Source: Spongospora subterranea f. sp. subterranea
Taxonomy: Eukaryota
NCBI GenBank assembly: GCA_049724395.1
Contig: JAUGWO010000083.1
Coordinates: 62,001 to 91,709, forward strand
Direction of reading: 5' to 3'
DNA length: 29,709 nucleotides
Under the pieces are notes generated by a model. It saw only the letters and a program-made list of their open reading frames with translations. It had not been told where the DNA came from and searched no databases. The translations under genes were made by a program, and so were the position numbers. Numbering within the stretch: position 1 is the first letter of the stretch; the number at the start of each line of letters is the position of its first letter. This document shows positions 10,658-22,300 of this stretch, piece by piece.

Positions 10658-13600
10658 ATGTCGATCGCTGAATCTGGTCTATCTTCACCAGGAAGATCAG
10701 ATACTAGATCTTCATCACAGGATCTGTCTCATTTGAAGCAATTAGAGGATCTTGCTGATGCCTTCTATAACAGTGTCGATCCAAGTGAGTACTTAGCGAG
10801 CACCGTCATTTCTTTCGCATATGTTAAATATCGTTCGATGTTTCACTAATTTTAAATTATGCAGACTCTCGACGACAAGCTCAAATTGCTTTACAACCGT
10901 TTTCTTCGTCCAGCGAATGCATTGCGCAATGTCAACTATTGCTTGATCATTCACAGAAACCAAATGCCTTATTATTGGCTGCATCGAGTCTTTTTCGCCT
11001 GATAACGCAATTCTGGAATATGTTCACCGTTGATCAAACTCTTGATATGCGAAATTACCTTTTGAATTACCTAGCTACTAATTGCGAACGTTTGCCTGAT
11101 TTTGTCCAAGCAGCTATGATTCAGGTATGGTGTTTAGACTTCATAATTCTCCATATGAAAAATTCGCCGTCGTAGGTAATATGCAGAATGGCGAAGCTTG
11201 GGTGGATGTCGTTTCAGCATCAGGAAATTTGCAACGAAATCTCGAAGTTTTTGGAGCATTCATTATCACATTGCATATTAGGACTGAGGATACTTACTGA
11301 GCTTGTCGACGAAATGAACCATGCGATTCCAGGTAAGAGTGATGGTTGCACGGCAAGCTTTAGCTCAGTTTGTGCTCGACGTGAACTTAGGTGAGACAAT
11401 CTCCTCTCATCGTAAAGTTGCAGTTTCATTCCGCGATAAAGCTCTTTTACAAGTGTTCCAGATCGCTTTGACCTCACTCAAATCTATTCTTTTAAGCCCT
11501 GAGGAAGCATCATCATTTGCGGTCCGAGAGAAATGTCGCATGCAATCTCTAGTGTTGACCCTCAACTGTCTCTCGTTCGATTATATTGGGACCTGCTCAG
11601 ATGAATCTACTGAGGCATGAAGCTAATCGCTTGTCTGTTGACATCGGTAATCATATGTGATATTTCATAGGAATTTGGTTCGCTTCAAGTCCCATCATCG
11701 TGGAGAAGCATTGTTGAAGAACCGGCAACGCTGTTTTTATTTTTCGACATTTTTCTTAAAAGTAAAGGCCCACACGTTAGTAAGGTATTATCTGAATATG
11801 TATGCCTCATTAATCGCGATCATGATAATAAGCTATAGTGCATGGAAATCATGGTTCAGTTTGCGTCTGTTCGCCGTTCGTTGTTCTCTTCTGAGGAATT
11901 AAGAAAAAAGTATCGATCCGATTATTGTTGCAATTTTTTCATTAGGTCAACTAACAACTAACTCAGATATCTACTTTGCCTACTCCAGTCCACATCGGAT
12001 ATTATAGATAATCACTCGCACCTATTGGCTGATAAAGAGACATATATCCATTTTTGTCGCCTACTTGTTGCAATGAAGGCCAATTACCAATTACAAGATT
12101 TGGCCAATGTATGCTAGAAACAGTGTTATATACATACTGGATAGTCCAGTCCATCTGATTTCCTGTAATTACAGCTTGACGCATATGGGCCTTGGATTAG
12201 ATCTGTTGCCACATTCACCGTGACCAGCTTCGCTAATTGGGAATGGGTTGGGTCGGCTACCCATTACTTAGTGACATTATGGGCCCGATTAACTTTATCT
12301 CTACCCTATATGAGAGGGGATCTTAACACCTATTTGGACACGCTTGTTCCTCAGGTTTGCCCATCCGCTGCATGCTCCTGCTTCCAACCTAAAACTCGTG
12401 TTGCACTTTTTTTTCAGGTCACACAAGCGTTTATTGATACAAGAATGAAAGCTGCGACAAAAGCAGTTAATGATGAAGATGAGGAATCGTTTTTCGAGGT
12501 TGCACAGTTTGTTTAACCTTCCGTTGATATCTTACAAGTGTCTGTTAGGAATCAGCGGTTGCTGAGAATCTTCATTATGTTCCTACTCTTTGCCGGTAGA
12601 CGTTGATTCTAATTACTTTCATCAGTATTAATCGGTTTTCCTCCCTGTAGGCATATATATGCATCAACGTTTTCCTTTCTGTGCTCTCGTCTGGATCCGC
12701 TTTTGCAATCGTATAGGGACGCCATAGACATATTGAGAATTGACAGAACCCCATCCGCCGCCTTCTGGCAAAACTTGAACCTTACTGAAGGTTGCTGCTG
12801 ATGATACTCTTCGGTTGCATTACTTACTTGGCTGTTTCAGCTCCGCTTTCGTGGCTAATCTATGTTGTTGGCGCTGTTATTTCGGGCCATGTGACGTCGT
12901 CACCGTCTCGCGAGGATCAGATTGCCATTGACGGCCAGCTTAGCGCCAGAGTGTTTGTTTTGATGGAGCATGTCACATTTAGTGTCACCTCTGCCCACAA
13001 GGCCAATGTTCGTTATCGTCCATATATTGATCAAGCTCTGCTCTACTTCATGCAGCAATTCCGCAAGTATGCCGTGAATTTGTCCCGTTATTTTCATAAT
13101 TTGATGGTTTATCAAATTTCATAGAGCTCATATTGGACAAGAAAGTGTTACTCGCGGCATTCGAATTCTTGATTCAGGCCCTGGCCCAGTTGAACCGCAA
13201 ATTTATTCGATTATGTCAGAATCAATCGGCTCTCCAACAGACCAATTATCCATCCTTGGTGCTATTTTACAGGTTGGTCAAGTTGTCTATTTTCATTCGT
13301 TGCGCCGTGGCACTGTTGCTCTAACAGTTGTCTCAGAAAATAGTTTCGCTTCTAAGGCTTTGGGCTGGAGACACTGCAATGTGTAGTCAAACTCTTACGC
13401 TTTTACACGATCTTTCTTCAGGGTATTTGTGGTAATTGCCTGCGTTCCGAAAAATAAAACCTTCCATGTAGGTATTCAACAGCAAAGCTCTTGCTGCAAT
13501 GTGATGCCTCAAAATCTATTTTGACCAATCATGGTAATCCAGACGCGTTCCCTTTTTTGGAGTACCCTGCCAATTCCAAGCTTCGTACCAAATTTTATAT

Positions 13601-15323
13601 CACTTGGGTATTCCATACAAACTTGAAGTCCATTATCGGAGTAACTGAGCCTCCATTTTAGGGACGTATGGTGCTGTCCGACGTTAATATTGATTACTTC
13701 GATCAGTTTATGGAACCTTTCGAACAAAGATTCACTTTTTTGAATCAGCATAGTAACTTCCGAAGTGACGAGGTTTGTAGCGTTAACCATTATTCGCGTT
13801 AGCTAATAACTTTCAGATTCGACGTTTGGGAATTGGCTTGACTAGAGATTTACGCGGTATTGTCCAATCCACTTACAACAAAGTGGCATATTGTATGTTC
13901 TTCGATTGGATATACCCTAAATACTTCGGCCAAGTACTAAACGGAATCCCTGGTTAGCACAATAACCCGTATCTGATTGGTGTCTTGAATCAGGTTTTAC
14001 GATTGCTTGAGAGCTTATGGGATGTCCCTTCTTGCGCTATACCGATATTGCGGTTTACTGCCGAGTTTGTGCACAATTGTACTCAGAGAATCACCTTCAG
14101 TCCGTCGCTTCCGAATGGAATTGTAATATTACATATTTGGTATTCTAACAGATCTGATTCTGATTTTCGTTTGTCAGATTCTGTTTCGCGAATCAAGCAA
14201 GATGATCTCCATATACGGCAATAGAATTTTATCGTGCACTGACCCGGTCTCTGATATATATAAAGATAGGTCTGGATAGGTTTGTTTTTGACATTCATTC
14301 AACTAATTGTGAATCAAGGTATAAAGGTATCGGTCTATGCATGGACATTCTATATAATGGGTTAAGCGGCGATTATGCAAATTTTGGTACGGGTTTTTAG
14401 CAATTCGTTTAATGTGGACCTGATTTCGCTTAGGTGTTTTCCGCCTCTATAACGATCCCTGTCTTCAGACTGCGTTCCATACCTGTATCAAGCTTGTACT
14501 ATTATTTCCACTTGCTGAGCTTTTGGCTTTCAAAAAGATATCGATGAAGTATTTTATTCTACTAGAAATATTATACCGGAACCATATGGACTTGTTCGTC
14601 CAACTGGAGACTTCAATGTAACACGTAATTCCACTGAAGCACTCTGCGACTTACCATGGTTTAGTTTTCTTGCTCTGATTTCGTCATTATCCGATGGTGT
14701 GGCATCATTTGAACCTAAAATCTCATCATTGGCTGCTTCGGCCATCGATAATATTGCAACGTTTGTTTTTAAGGAAAAAAACAGGAAGATTGTGAGAGGA
14801 CAGCCAGCAACCTATTCACTTTTTGAGAAGCATATGGTATGTTGGTAACTGGTTATGCGCACCCCTTGGGTTGAATCAATGTTTCGCAGACACAATCGGG
14901 AAATATTTTCCCATCATTTATGCGCCTTCTTTTCGGAATGACCGTGTTTGAGTCAGTTCCGAATCATTGGTCGTTATCTCGGCCAGTCCTGAGCCTGATT
15001 TTGAACATGGAACAGGTATTTTGACTCTCTTTTAGATAAATTCAGAAATTCTTATGTCGATTACAGGCATTCTCTCAGTATAAGCAGGACCTGGTTCAAG
15101 CTCAGGCTGCTGATCTGCAGCCTTTGACGGCAGCGGCGCTTGATAAACTTATGGAAGGTACGATTGCAAACCACGTATCTACCAACACACATCAAACCGG
15201 ATCCTTTGTACCACAGGAGTACAGCCAACGCTGGATAATCGCAACAGAGACAAGTTTAGCCAAAACCTGACAGTCCTTCGAAACGAACTTCGGAAGTTTG
15301 CCATTAAACCTTGTGCAGCGTGA
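10658..15323 (+). CDS. XPO7: Exportin-7 / RanBP16-17 family karyopherin, ~24 exons
   Basis: Manual splicing gives one continuous frame with HRKVAVSFRDKALLQVFQIAL, CLSFDYIGTCSDESTEEFGSLQVPSSWR, FASVRRSLF, RDLRGI..MFFDWIYP, QRITFSPSLPNGIILFRESSK, YANFGVFRLYND, HWSLSRPVLSLIL and LMEGVQPTLDNRNRDKFSQNL. About 23 short introns; stop TGA at 15321-15323. Confidence 0.95.
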
Positions 15324-15473
15324 TTCTGATTGACATGTCAATATATTCATCTAATACAGTGAGATTTTCGGTAAATTGTTTAATAATCGACAACATATGG
15401 CGCAACTGCAATTCCACCACGGCTTGGCATGGTCTTAATGCTGGCCCAGTTATGCCAGTCACCTGATTCTGCT

Positions 15474-16088
15474 TCATACCCTATGGATTCGTTGAAAACG
15501 AGCTACTTTGCTAGCAAAAAGGCACAAGAAGATACCTTGAATCGGGTCTTGAATATCTGGCGACATATCAGCATCTCCCGGGCTAAGGAACACATCAACA
15601 TCATCAAGGGCGATAGGCACAGCCGGGCAAGGGATATTGACCACTCCTGGGTCGGGTATATGGTCAAGCCTTGATATGGGCATGGGCTGATCAGCGTGAA
15701 TGCACCCTGGTATGGCGGCAGACCCGGTCAGCATCATGGTCTTGGGGACCTGACGCAGGGCGTCATCCCCGTCAAACTGCACATCGTATGATCTCTCCAA
15801 TATGGTCCTCACCGTACATGGACGATATGTCAGAGTCCAATGACGACTTGAACCACTCCATTCATCATTCCATAATGCAAACCCGGCCCCTACAGATGTG
15901 GCCCCAATAAGAGAATATAATCGCGATGGATCAATATCGCTCTGAACACGATTAGAAGAGAGTTCACGCACAACCAACGACGAGTGCTGACGCTGAACAG
16001 AGCAAACCCGTATAAAGGACGGTTTAGAAGACGGAGGATTAGATGGGAGAGCGTATGCTGCGAGCATCATGATTAGGTTATATTGCAA
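15474..16088 (-). CDS. Hypothetical protein with a possible Tudor/Agenet-like module
   Basis: 204-aa ORF containing GFALWNDEW..YRPCTVRTILERSYDVQFDGDDALRQVPKTMM, which resembles the Tudor beta-barrel pattern. Convergent with XPO7. Confidence 0.35.
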   Translation of the reverse strand: MQYNLIMMLAAYALPSNPPSSKPSFIRVCSVQRQHSSLVVRELSSNRVQSDIDPSRLYSLIGATSVGAGFALWNDEWSGSSRHWTLTYRPCTVRTILERSYDVQFDGDDALRQVPKTMMLTGSAAIPGCIHADQPMPISRLDHIPDPGVVNIPCPAVPIALDDVDVFLSPGDADMSPDIQDPIQGIFLCLFASKVARFQRIHRV

Positions 16089-16249
16089 CGGAAGATGGCG
16101 CTTGTATTTGGATAATCATTTGTGATCGGTGAGATTGTGATCATCCCAGTTATTATTCCTCATGTGGCGCGGCCCGTCCTACACTTCACTACAGTACTGT
16201 ACATGACATTATAAACTGCGACTATAAAAGTGCGAGCGGTGTGTTTTAA

Positions 16250-16403
16250 AATAACACTCTCTGAATGAATAACACTCTCTGAATCAATCACACTCTCTGA
16301 ATGAATCACACTCTCTGAATGAATAACACTCTCTCTGAATGAATAACACTCAATGAATAACACTCTCTGAAGGAATCGCACTCTCTGAATGAATAACACT
16401 CTC
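16250..16403. repeat. Minisatellite, ~18-bp unit AATAACACTCTCTGAATG, ~8 imperfect copies
   Basis: Directly visible tandem copies with small indels and substitutions. Confidence 0.9.
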
Positions 16404-16929
16404 GTTTTGTTCAAAAAAACGCTCTGTTTGTAGTACGGTTATTTATTTATGCAGATGAAGGAACTCAGAAACTACATCATTACAATCGCCTATCGCTAAC
16501 ACATTGCTGATTACCTGATTCAATGTCTTATTGACCGTTGACGAGGTCGCCCAGTCCGTGGCGCAATAAAGACTCCATGACCGATTTCCTGAGACTCAAA
16601 ATTCGACACTGCAGGGGTTTTAAACGATATTCGGATTCAAGTTCAGCTTAGAATGAGGCGATAACAGTTCCAACTGTGTTCGTATGCTCAACAGTATACA
16701 GGCGGCAACAAGGGTAGTTTATATTAAAACAGTTTTACCACTTTTATATGACAAAGGTGTATTAGCGTTGGTTCCCATAACGCCTAGATATCAACCAGTT
16801 ATTTTCGCTAATGGGTAATATGTTGGCATTAATCCCAAACGGCGGAGAAGTACACAGTGCACATTCAATATCAGATTCATAAAGGCTCGTGTCGCAAAAC
16901 CTCAGCTTTGCCGGTAACAATAAATGGGG

Positions 16930-17656
16930 AATATAGGCCTGGGCAAGGTAAGGTAATATAGGCCTGGGCCTGGGCAAGGTAAGGTAATATAGGCCTGGGC
17001 AAGGTAAGGTAATATAGGCCTGGGCAAGGTAAGGTAATATAGGCCTGGGCAAGGTAAGGTAATATAGGCCTGGGCAAGGTAAGGTAATATAGGCCTGGGC
17101 AAGGTAAGGTAATATAGGCCTGGGCAAGGTAAGGTAATATAGGCCTGGGCAAGGTAAGGTAATATAGGCCTGGGCAAGGTAAGGTAATATAGGCCTGGGC
17201 AAGGTAAGGTAATATAGGCCTGGGCAAGGTAAGGTAATATAGGCCTGGGCAAGGTAAGGTAATATAGGCCTGGGCAAGGTAAGGTAATATAGGCCTGGGC
17301 AAGGTAAGGTAATATAGGCCTGGGCAAGGTAAGGTAATATAGGCCTGGGCAAGGTAAGGTAATATAGGCCTGGGCAAGGTAAGGTAATATAGGCCTGGGC
17401 AAGGTAAGGTAATATAGGCCTGGGCAAGGTAAGGTAATATAGGCCTGGGCAAGGTAAGGTAATATAGGCCTGGGCAAGGTAAGGTAATATAGGCCTGGGC
17501 AAGGTAAGGTAATATAGGCCTGGGCAAGGTAAGGTAATATAGGCCTGGGCAAGGTAAGGTAATATAGGCCTGGGCAAGGTAAGGTAATATAGGCCTGGGC
17601 AAGGTAAGGTAATATAGGCCTGGGCATTACCTTTTACCCTACCCTGCCCAGGCCTA
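16930..17656. repeat. Tandem array of a 25-bp unit AATATAGGCCTGGGCAAGGTAAGGT (~27.5 copies) ending in an inverted copy of the unit
   Basis: Copies are identical except a 6-bp duplication in copy 2. The array ends with TAGGCCTGGGCA (17615-17626), then TTACCTTTTACCCTACCC, then TGCCCAGGCCTA (17645-17656). Confidence 0.97.
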
Positions 17657-17794
17657 CAGTACATGGAGGAACAGTTGAGATGACAGAAATGTGCGTCAAA
17701 CTGGGTAATACAGTACCATAGTGTCGGCTGTCAGTGACATCGGCCTCCGATACAGTTTTATCACCCCCGCGACCTCCTAATCCCATTTATCAAA

Positions 17795-18523
17795 ATGTCC
17801 AACACAGAAAACACCCCCAATAACGCCCCAGATAGCGGCGATGATAGGGCAGAAGCAGAGAAGGATGTTGGAAACCGTCTGTTTGCAGGAGGGGATTATG
17901 CCAATGCCAAGCAGCACTATCTTACGGCCATAGAAATATGCCAATTGCCGGCTTCTCCTGTTGCCGCTGCGTGCCATTGCAACATCGCTGCTTGCGCCTT
18001 AGCTGAGGCAGATTACGAATTAGTTAAGCCGCGTCAAATCAACGTCGTGGCTTTTATGCTAACACTCGTACTTAGGCGATTCATCATTGCTCGGAAGCGC
18101 TCAATATCGACCCAGAGTACGTAAAGGCTTTGGTCAGGCGTTCGAAAGCGTATGAATCTCTTCATAAATACGAGGACGCGATAACTGGTAATCATATGTA
18201 ATGATCGTCATGATTGCCCTCATAGTTTTTAATAGATATCGAGACGCTAATCACCAAAGTTAAGGGAGATGTTTATTATTCAAAGGAACTTGATCGACTA
18301 AAAAGAGATAAATCTCAATGGGATCAGGCGCAGCAAGCCGAAATGATTGGTAATCATCATCTTGTCATTGGTCTTTACAGTGCGCAAAATTGAACCTGCC
18401 GTTTCAGAGAAGTTAAAAGACATGGGCAACAGCCTTTTAGGAAAATTTGGAATGAGCTTAGATAATTTCAAGGCTACGAAAGACCCTAACTCTGGATCAT
18501 ATAGTATTAATTTCCAACAATAA
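17795..18523 (+). CDS. TTC1: Tetratricopeptide repeat protein 1-like co-chaperone, 4 exons
   Basis: TPR motifs AEAEKDVGNRLFAGGDYANAKQHYLTAI, CHCNIAACAL..AIHHCSEALNIDPEYVKALVRRSKAYE, plus the family C-terminus EMIEKLKDMGNSLLGKFGMSLDNFKATKDPNSGSYSINFQQ*. Three GT-AG introns. Confidence 0.9.
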
Positions 18524-19330
18524 AAGCGGGCATAGTCCAGGTCAATGCAACTTTCTCCCATATTTTCTTTTTCGAAATCTGTCAAAGTTTTCTGGCAAAT
18601 CGTGTCCTCCTCGTTTAACAGTGTCTCTGGTTTTTCAGGAAAACCGGGTCAGCATATTACAAAATCCATATATGCCGATTTCCGACACCTTTTTTTGTAT
18701 TCTCCGCCCAACTTGATCCGCGTTATATAGCGGCTCCTTTCGCTGCTTAATCCGACGACTTATTGTTTCCGACGGGCATTACACTCGTCAACGATTTTCG
18801 GATGCTTTTTTAGGCATTCATTGAACTTCCACCGGGGAAAATAACATCTCGTAGAACCTCGTCCATTATTGGTGATGTTGGACAAACGCTGATTTTACTA
18901 CGATGAGTCAGTGTGGACGATCCATCTATGATTATATTATCGATCGTTGAACGGTTTAGTCTGGGGTGCAATACTGTAGTTCAAATGGGAAACAAACGCC
19001 AGAGGGTGAATTTGAAATATCGCTTTCCCCAATACAATGTATTTCTTAGTGACACGTTTGATAAATGTTCAGCGACATTAAGATACTCAAATTCGCAATG
19101 CGAGCTATTAAGCAAGTGTACAGAATCTTTGGTACTAACGATCGCATTAACTGTAATCTATCTTTGATCTAATAAACAGCGCCTAGGTTCTCTGCGTCAA
19201 CCAACGCTTGCGGAACCTGCATAAAACGTTTTTAGCAAATCACCTGGCCTGCAACCACCGCCAGACGAACTAACTGAACCAATCTAAATGAATGGACGAA
19301 CACGCATCGCGATAACCGTCGCAGATTTCA

Positions 19331-22300
19331 ATGCAAACGAGAAGCTCAAACACGCCAGGACCAGATGACCAGGCATCAACAGATAACCAAGCATCAGCTA
19401 TCAACCAACAAAATTACATCAGCTCGTACACCGCTATTTTCCCGCTACAGCCACCAGTTTTAAAACAGTTTGATTCCAAATCAATTGCTGTATTCCGCCG
19501 AGAACGGGAAGTCTATCTTTCGCTGATAAAGGAAAGAAAGGAGATTCACGGACGACGTAAATGCTGTATCCTTAAAAAGCTGCTTCGATCTTAGCAAGCT
19601 CAAAGCCATTGCAAAGTACGTACTTAAGAAGCCCAACAATGAGATAACGGATACAGATCTGGACGGATATCTCAAAGATCTCCAAGAGCAGACTAACAAG
19701 CTATGTCCCCAGGACATTGACGAAGCGATCAAAAAAAAAATGAGTCTGACGAAAAAGAACCCTGCCGAGCGAGGTCTGGCATATTTCACCAAATTCGATA
19801 ATTTTATTGAAGACAACAGTCTTCAACACATCTCAAAGAACAAAAAAGGATAAAGCGAAAGATCAAATACCTGCGAGCCGGAGTTCGACCGGCGACTCTA
19901 CACGACATGATCGAACACGCGATCAAGTTCGGAGATGAGCAGAAAGCAGAAGCCGATGAGGCAAAATTTTTCGAGTTATTATCTACAAAAGCCAAACAAC
20001 AGCACGAGGTACATCTGCTCACTGAGAAGCCTCGCCATAAAGATACTGGTAATTACACCAACAGATTATCTGAACAACGAAAGCAGTCTGATGGAAATGC
20101 CAAGAGTTCTAACCAACAGCGCCCGATACAGCAGCCATTCCCGGCAACACACAATTCCACCATTAGTACGGGCATACCAGCCGCTACCATGGAACGATAT
20201 GGAAACAGGAAACCACCTGATGGAGGTGTCTGTTCTGTGGAGGGGACCATTGGCTACACGTCTGTACTAAATGTACTCCTGCCGAACGCAAAGCTGCGTT
20301 CGAGAAACTGAACAACCGCCCGGCCCAAACCAAACGCCTGATAGCTACGTCAGATTACAGCGACAGTAATCGGGTCTGTTAGAGAATCGAGTAAGTCTTC
20401 CGTTCGAACTGGGCGATGGCTCATATAAGACAACCATCTCACGAAGGATGCTACAAGAAATAACTGATGAAGGACCAGTGCTAATTGAGTCACTAAATCC
20501 ATTATCAAAATGCAAGTTGGCGACTACCGAAAACTTTGCTACCATACGACAAGTGGCCCACCTGGACCTAACCCTAATCACTAAAGCAAGAACAGCCAGA
20601 TTCCGGTCTGTATCTTGCAATGTCACAGATGAAGACATGGAAACAGTCCTCATTGGTAAGCCCCAACTACGAAAACTGGGTATTGACCCCGAAGCACTAT
20701 TAGAAGAATTGCTGTCGAGCGCGACCGATAACGACATCCTGATGCCACTCTCGGAAATGGCGTCAATGAATGCTCAAGAGGTACCTCAATCTAACCAGAA
20801 CCCGGTTTGATTACGATATTCCAATCGGGAACGATGACGATCTCAACACCAAAAAGGCAATCGACGATATGGTGAACAGGGCCATTTCAAGTGGAATTCC
20901 GTGCACGACAAGCCAGACCTACTCAAGTTAGTGTCCAGTTTTGATGTTTGGCGAACCAGCCTTGGGAATGATCCTCCAGCCAAAGTCACGCCACAACGTC
21001 TACACCGAAAAGTTGACGCAAAGCACTTTCTGCTGTAAATTACGACGCTATCCAATACCCTATCAAACCTTTTTGCATGAACACACACAGGCACTAGAAA
21101 AGGAGAATTACGTCTACAGTAATCCTCGCAGTCGAGATGCATCAGCCGCATTAGTTATACCAAACCAGGTAATAGAGGATATCGTATGACAGTCGATACT
21201 GTAGAAATTAACAAGTCGATCGAACCCATCGTATGGCCGATACCGCATATCGACATTGTCCTCGGATATCATCGTAACGCGACGTCACATATTCTTTTAG
21301 ACTGTTTCAAAGGATATTGCCAATTCCCGCTCCACACCGGGTCGCAAGAGATGTGTTCCTTTATGACACATGAAGCTGTTTTACTCCACGACGACTGATC
21401 CAGGGGATCGTGGACTCAGTGGCGACATTTCAAGCCGGGATGCAAGAGGTTCTGCAGAACTCACTATACGTCTGCGCTCTGTTATGGCTCGATAATGTTC
21501 TGGGTTATGCCACGAAGGATTCTGCCTTGGACCATATGACGGTGCCGAAAAAACTCCTCCAGGCGATGGCGACGGCTGGAATCAAATGTAATCCAGATCG
21601 GTGCAACCTTATACGGATGTCGCGAAGTGGACAGGACACAGTATAACTCCACAAGGAGTCGCTTACGACGACTCTTTCATTCAAGTTCTTGTTCACATGA
21701 CACCACCAAACCGAGGTGATGCGCTTTGAACTGGATCCGGCGTAACGTTCCCAACTTCGCTCAACTGATTCATCCACTTCAGAAGCTGTTATTAGCCGCA
21801 ACCCGTGTTGCCAAAAGTTGCAAGAAATCAGCACTACGAAGAGTTCTTCTGAGCGATATTGGATGGGGAACGACTCATGTTGAGAGTTTTCATAACATTA
21901 GGGATCGGATTTCAAATCTGATACGTCTTGCACATCCGAAAGACGATTGGCTAGCTTGTCTGTTCCCAGACGCATCTCAAGAATGTTGGTCAGCAGTACT
22001 CACTCAAATCCCACCAGCCAACTGCCATCTACCAGTAGCGGAACAACGACATGAGCTTTAGCCTGTATTTCTGGCACCTTCCGAGCAAACAGCCTCCGCT
22101 GGGCCATTATAGAAAAAGAAGGTTATCCTATAATTGAAGGAATATTTCGCCTTCGACATTTCCTTATTCGATCAACGCCTTCCGAGTTTTTACCGATCAC
22201 CGTAATCTGATATATATATTCAACGCAACAAATCGCAGCGCCAATCTTGCTCGACACACAGCTGATCGACTTGAACGATGGCAGTTGCAGATTGCCAACA

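Noticed and set aside
16820..16880. TSPPF, resembling amino-methyltransferase motif IV, on the minus strand
   Set aside because: Isolated 5-residue match with no SAM-binding motif and stops soon after.
16930..17626. CRISPR-like array or telomere
   Set aside because: No unique spacers, eukaryotic context, no cas genes. The unit is not a simple telomeric repeat and the array is internal, next to a gene.
16762..17664. Three long minus-strand ORFs (241-300 aa) of repeating YITLPCPGLYYLTLPRPILPYLAQA
   Set aside because: Artefacts of a stop-free 25-bp tandem unit read in all three frames.
18900..19330. 5' LTR and primer-binding site of the gypsy element
   Set aside because: No matching direct repeat after 23923 and no convincing tRNA-complementary PBS found by eye.
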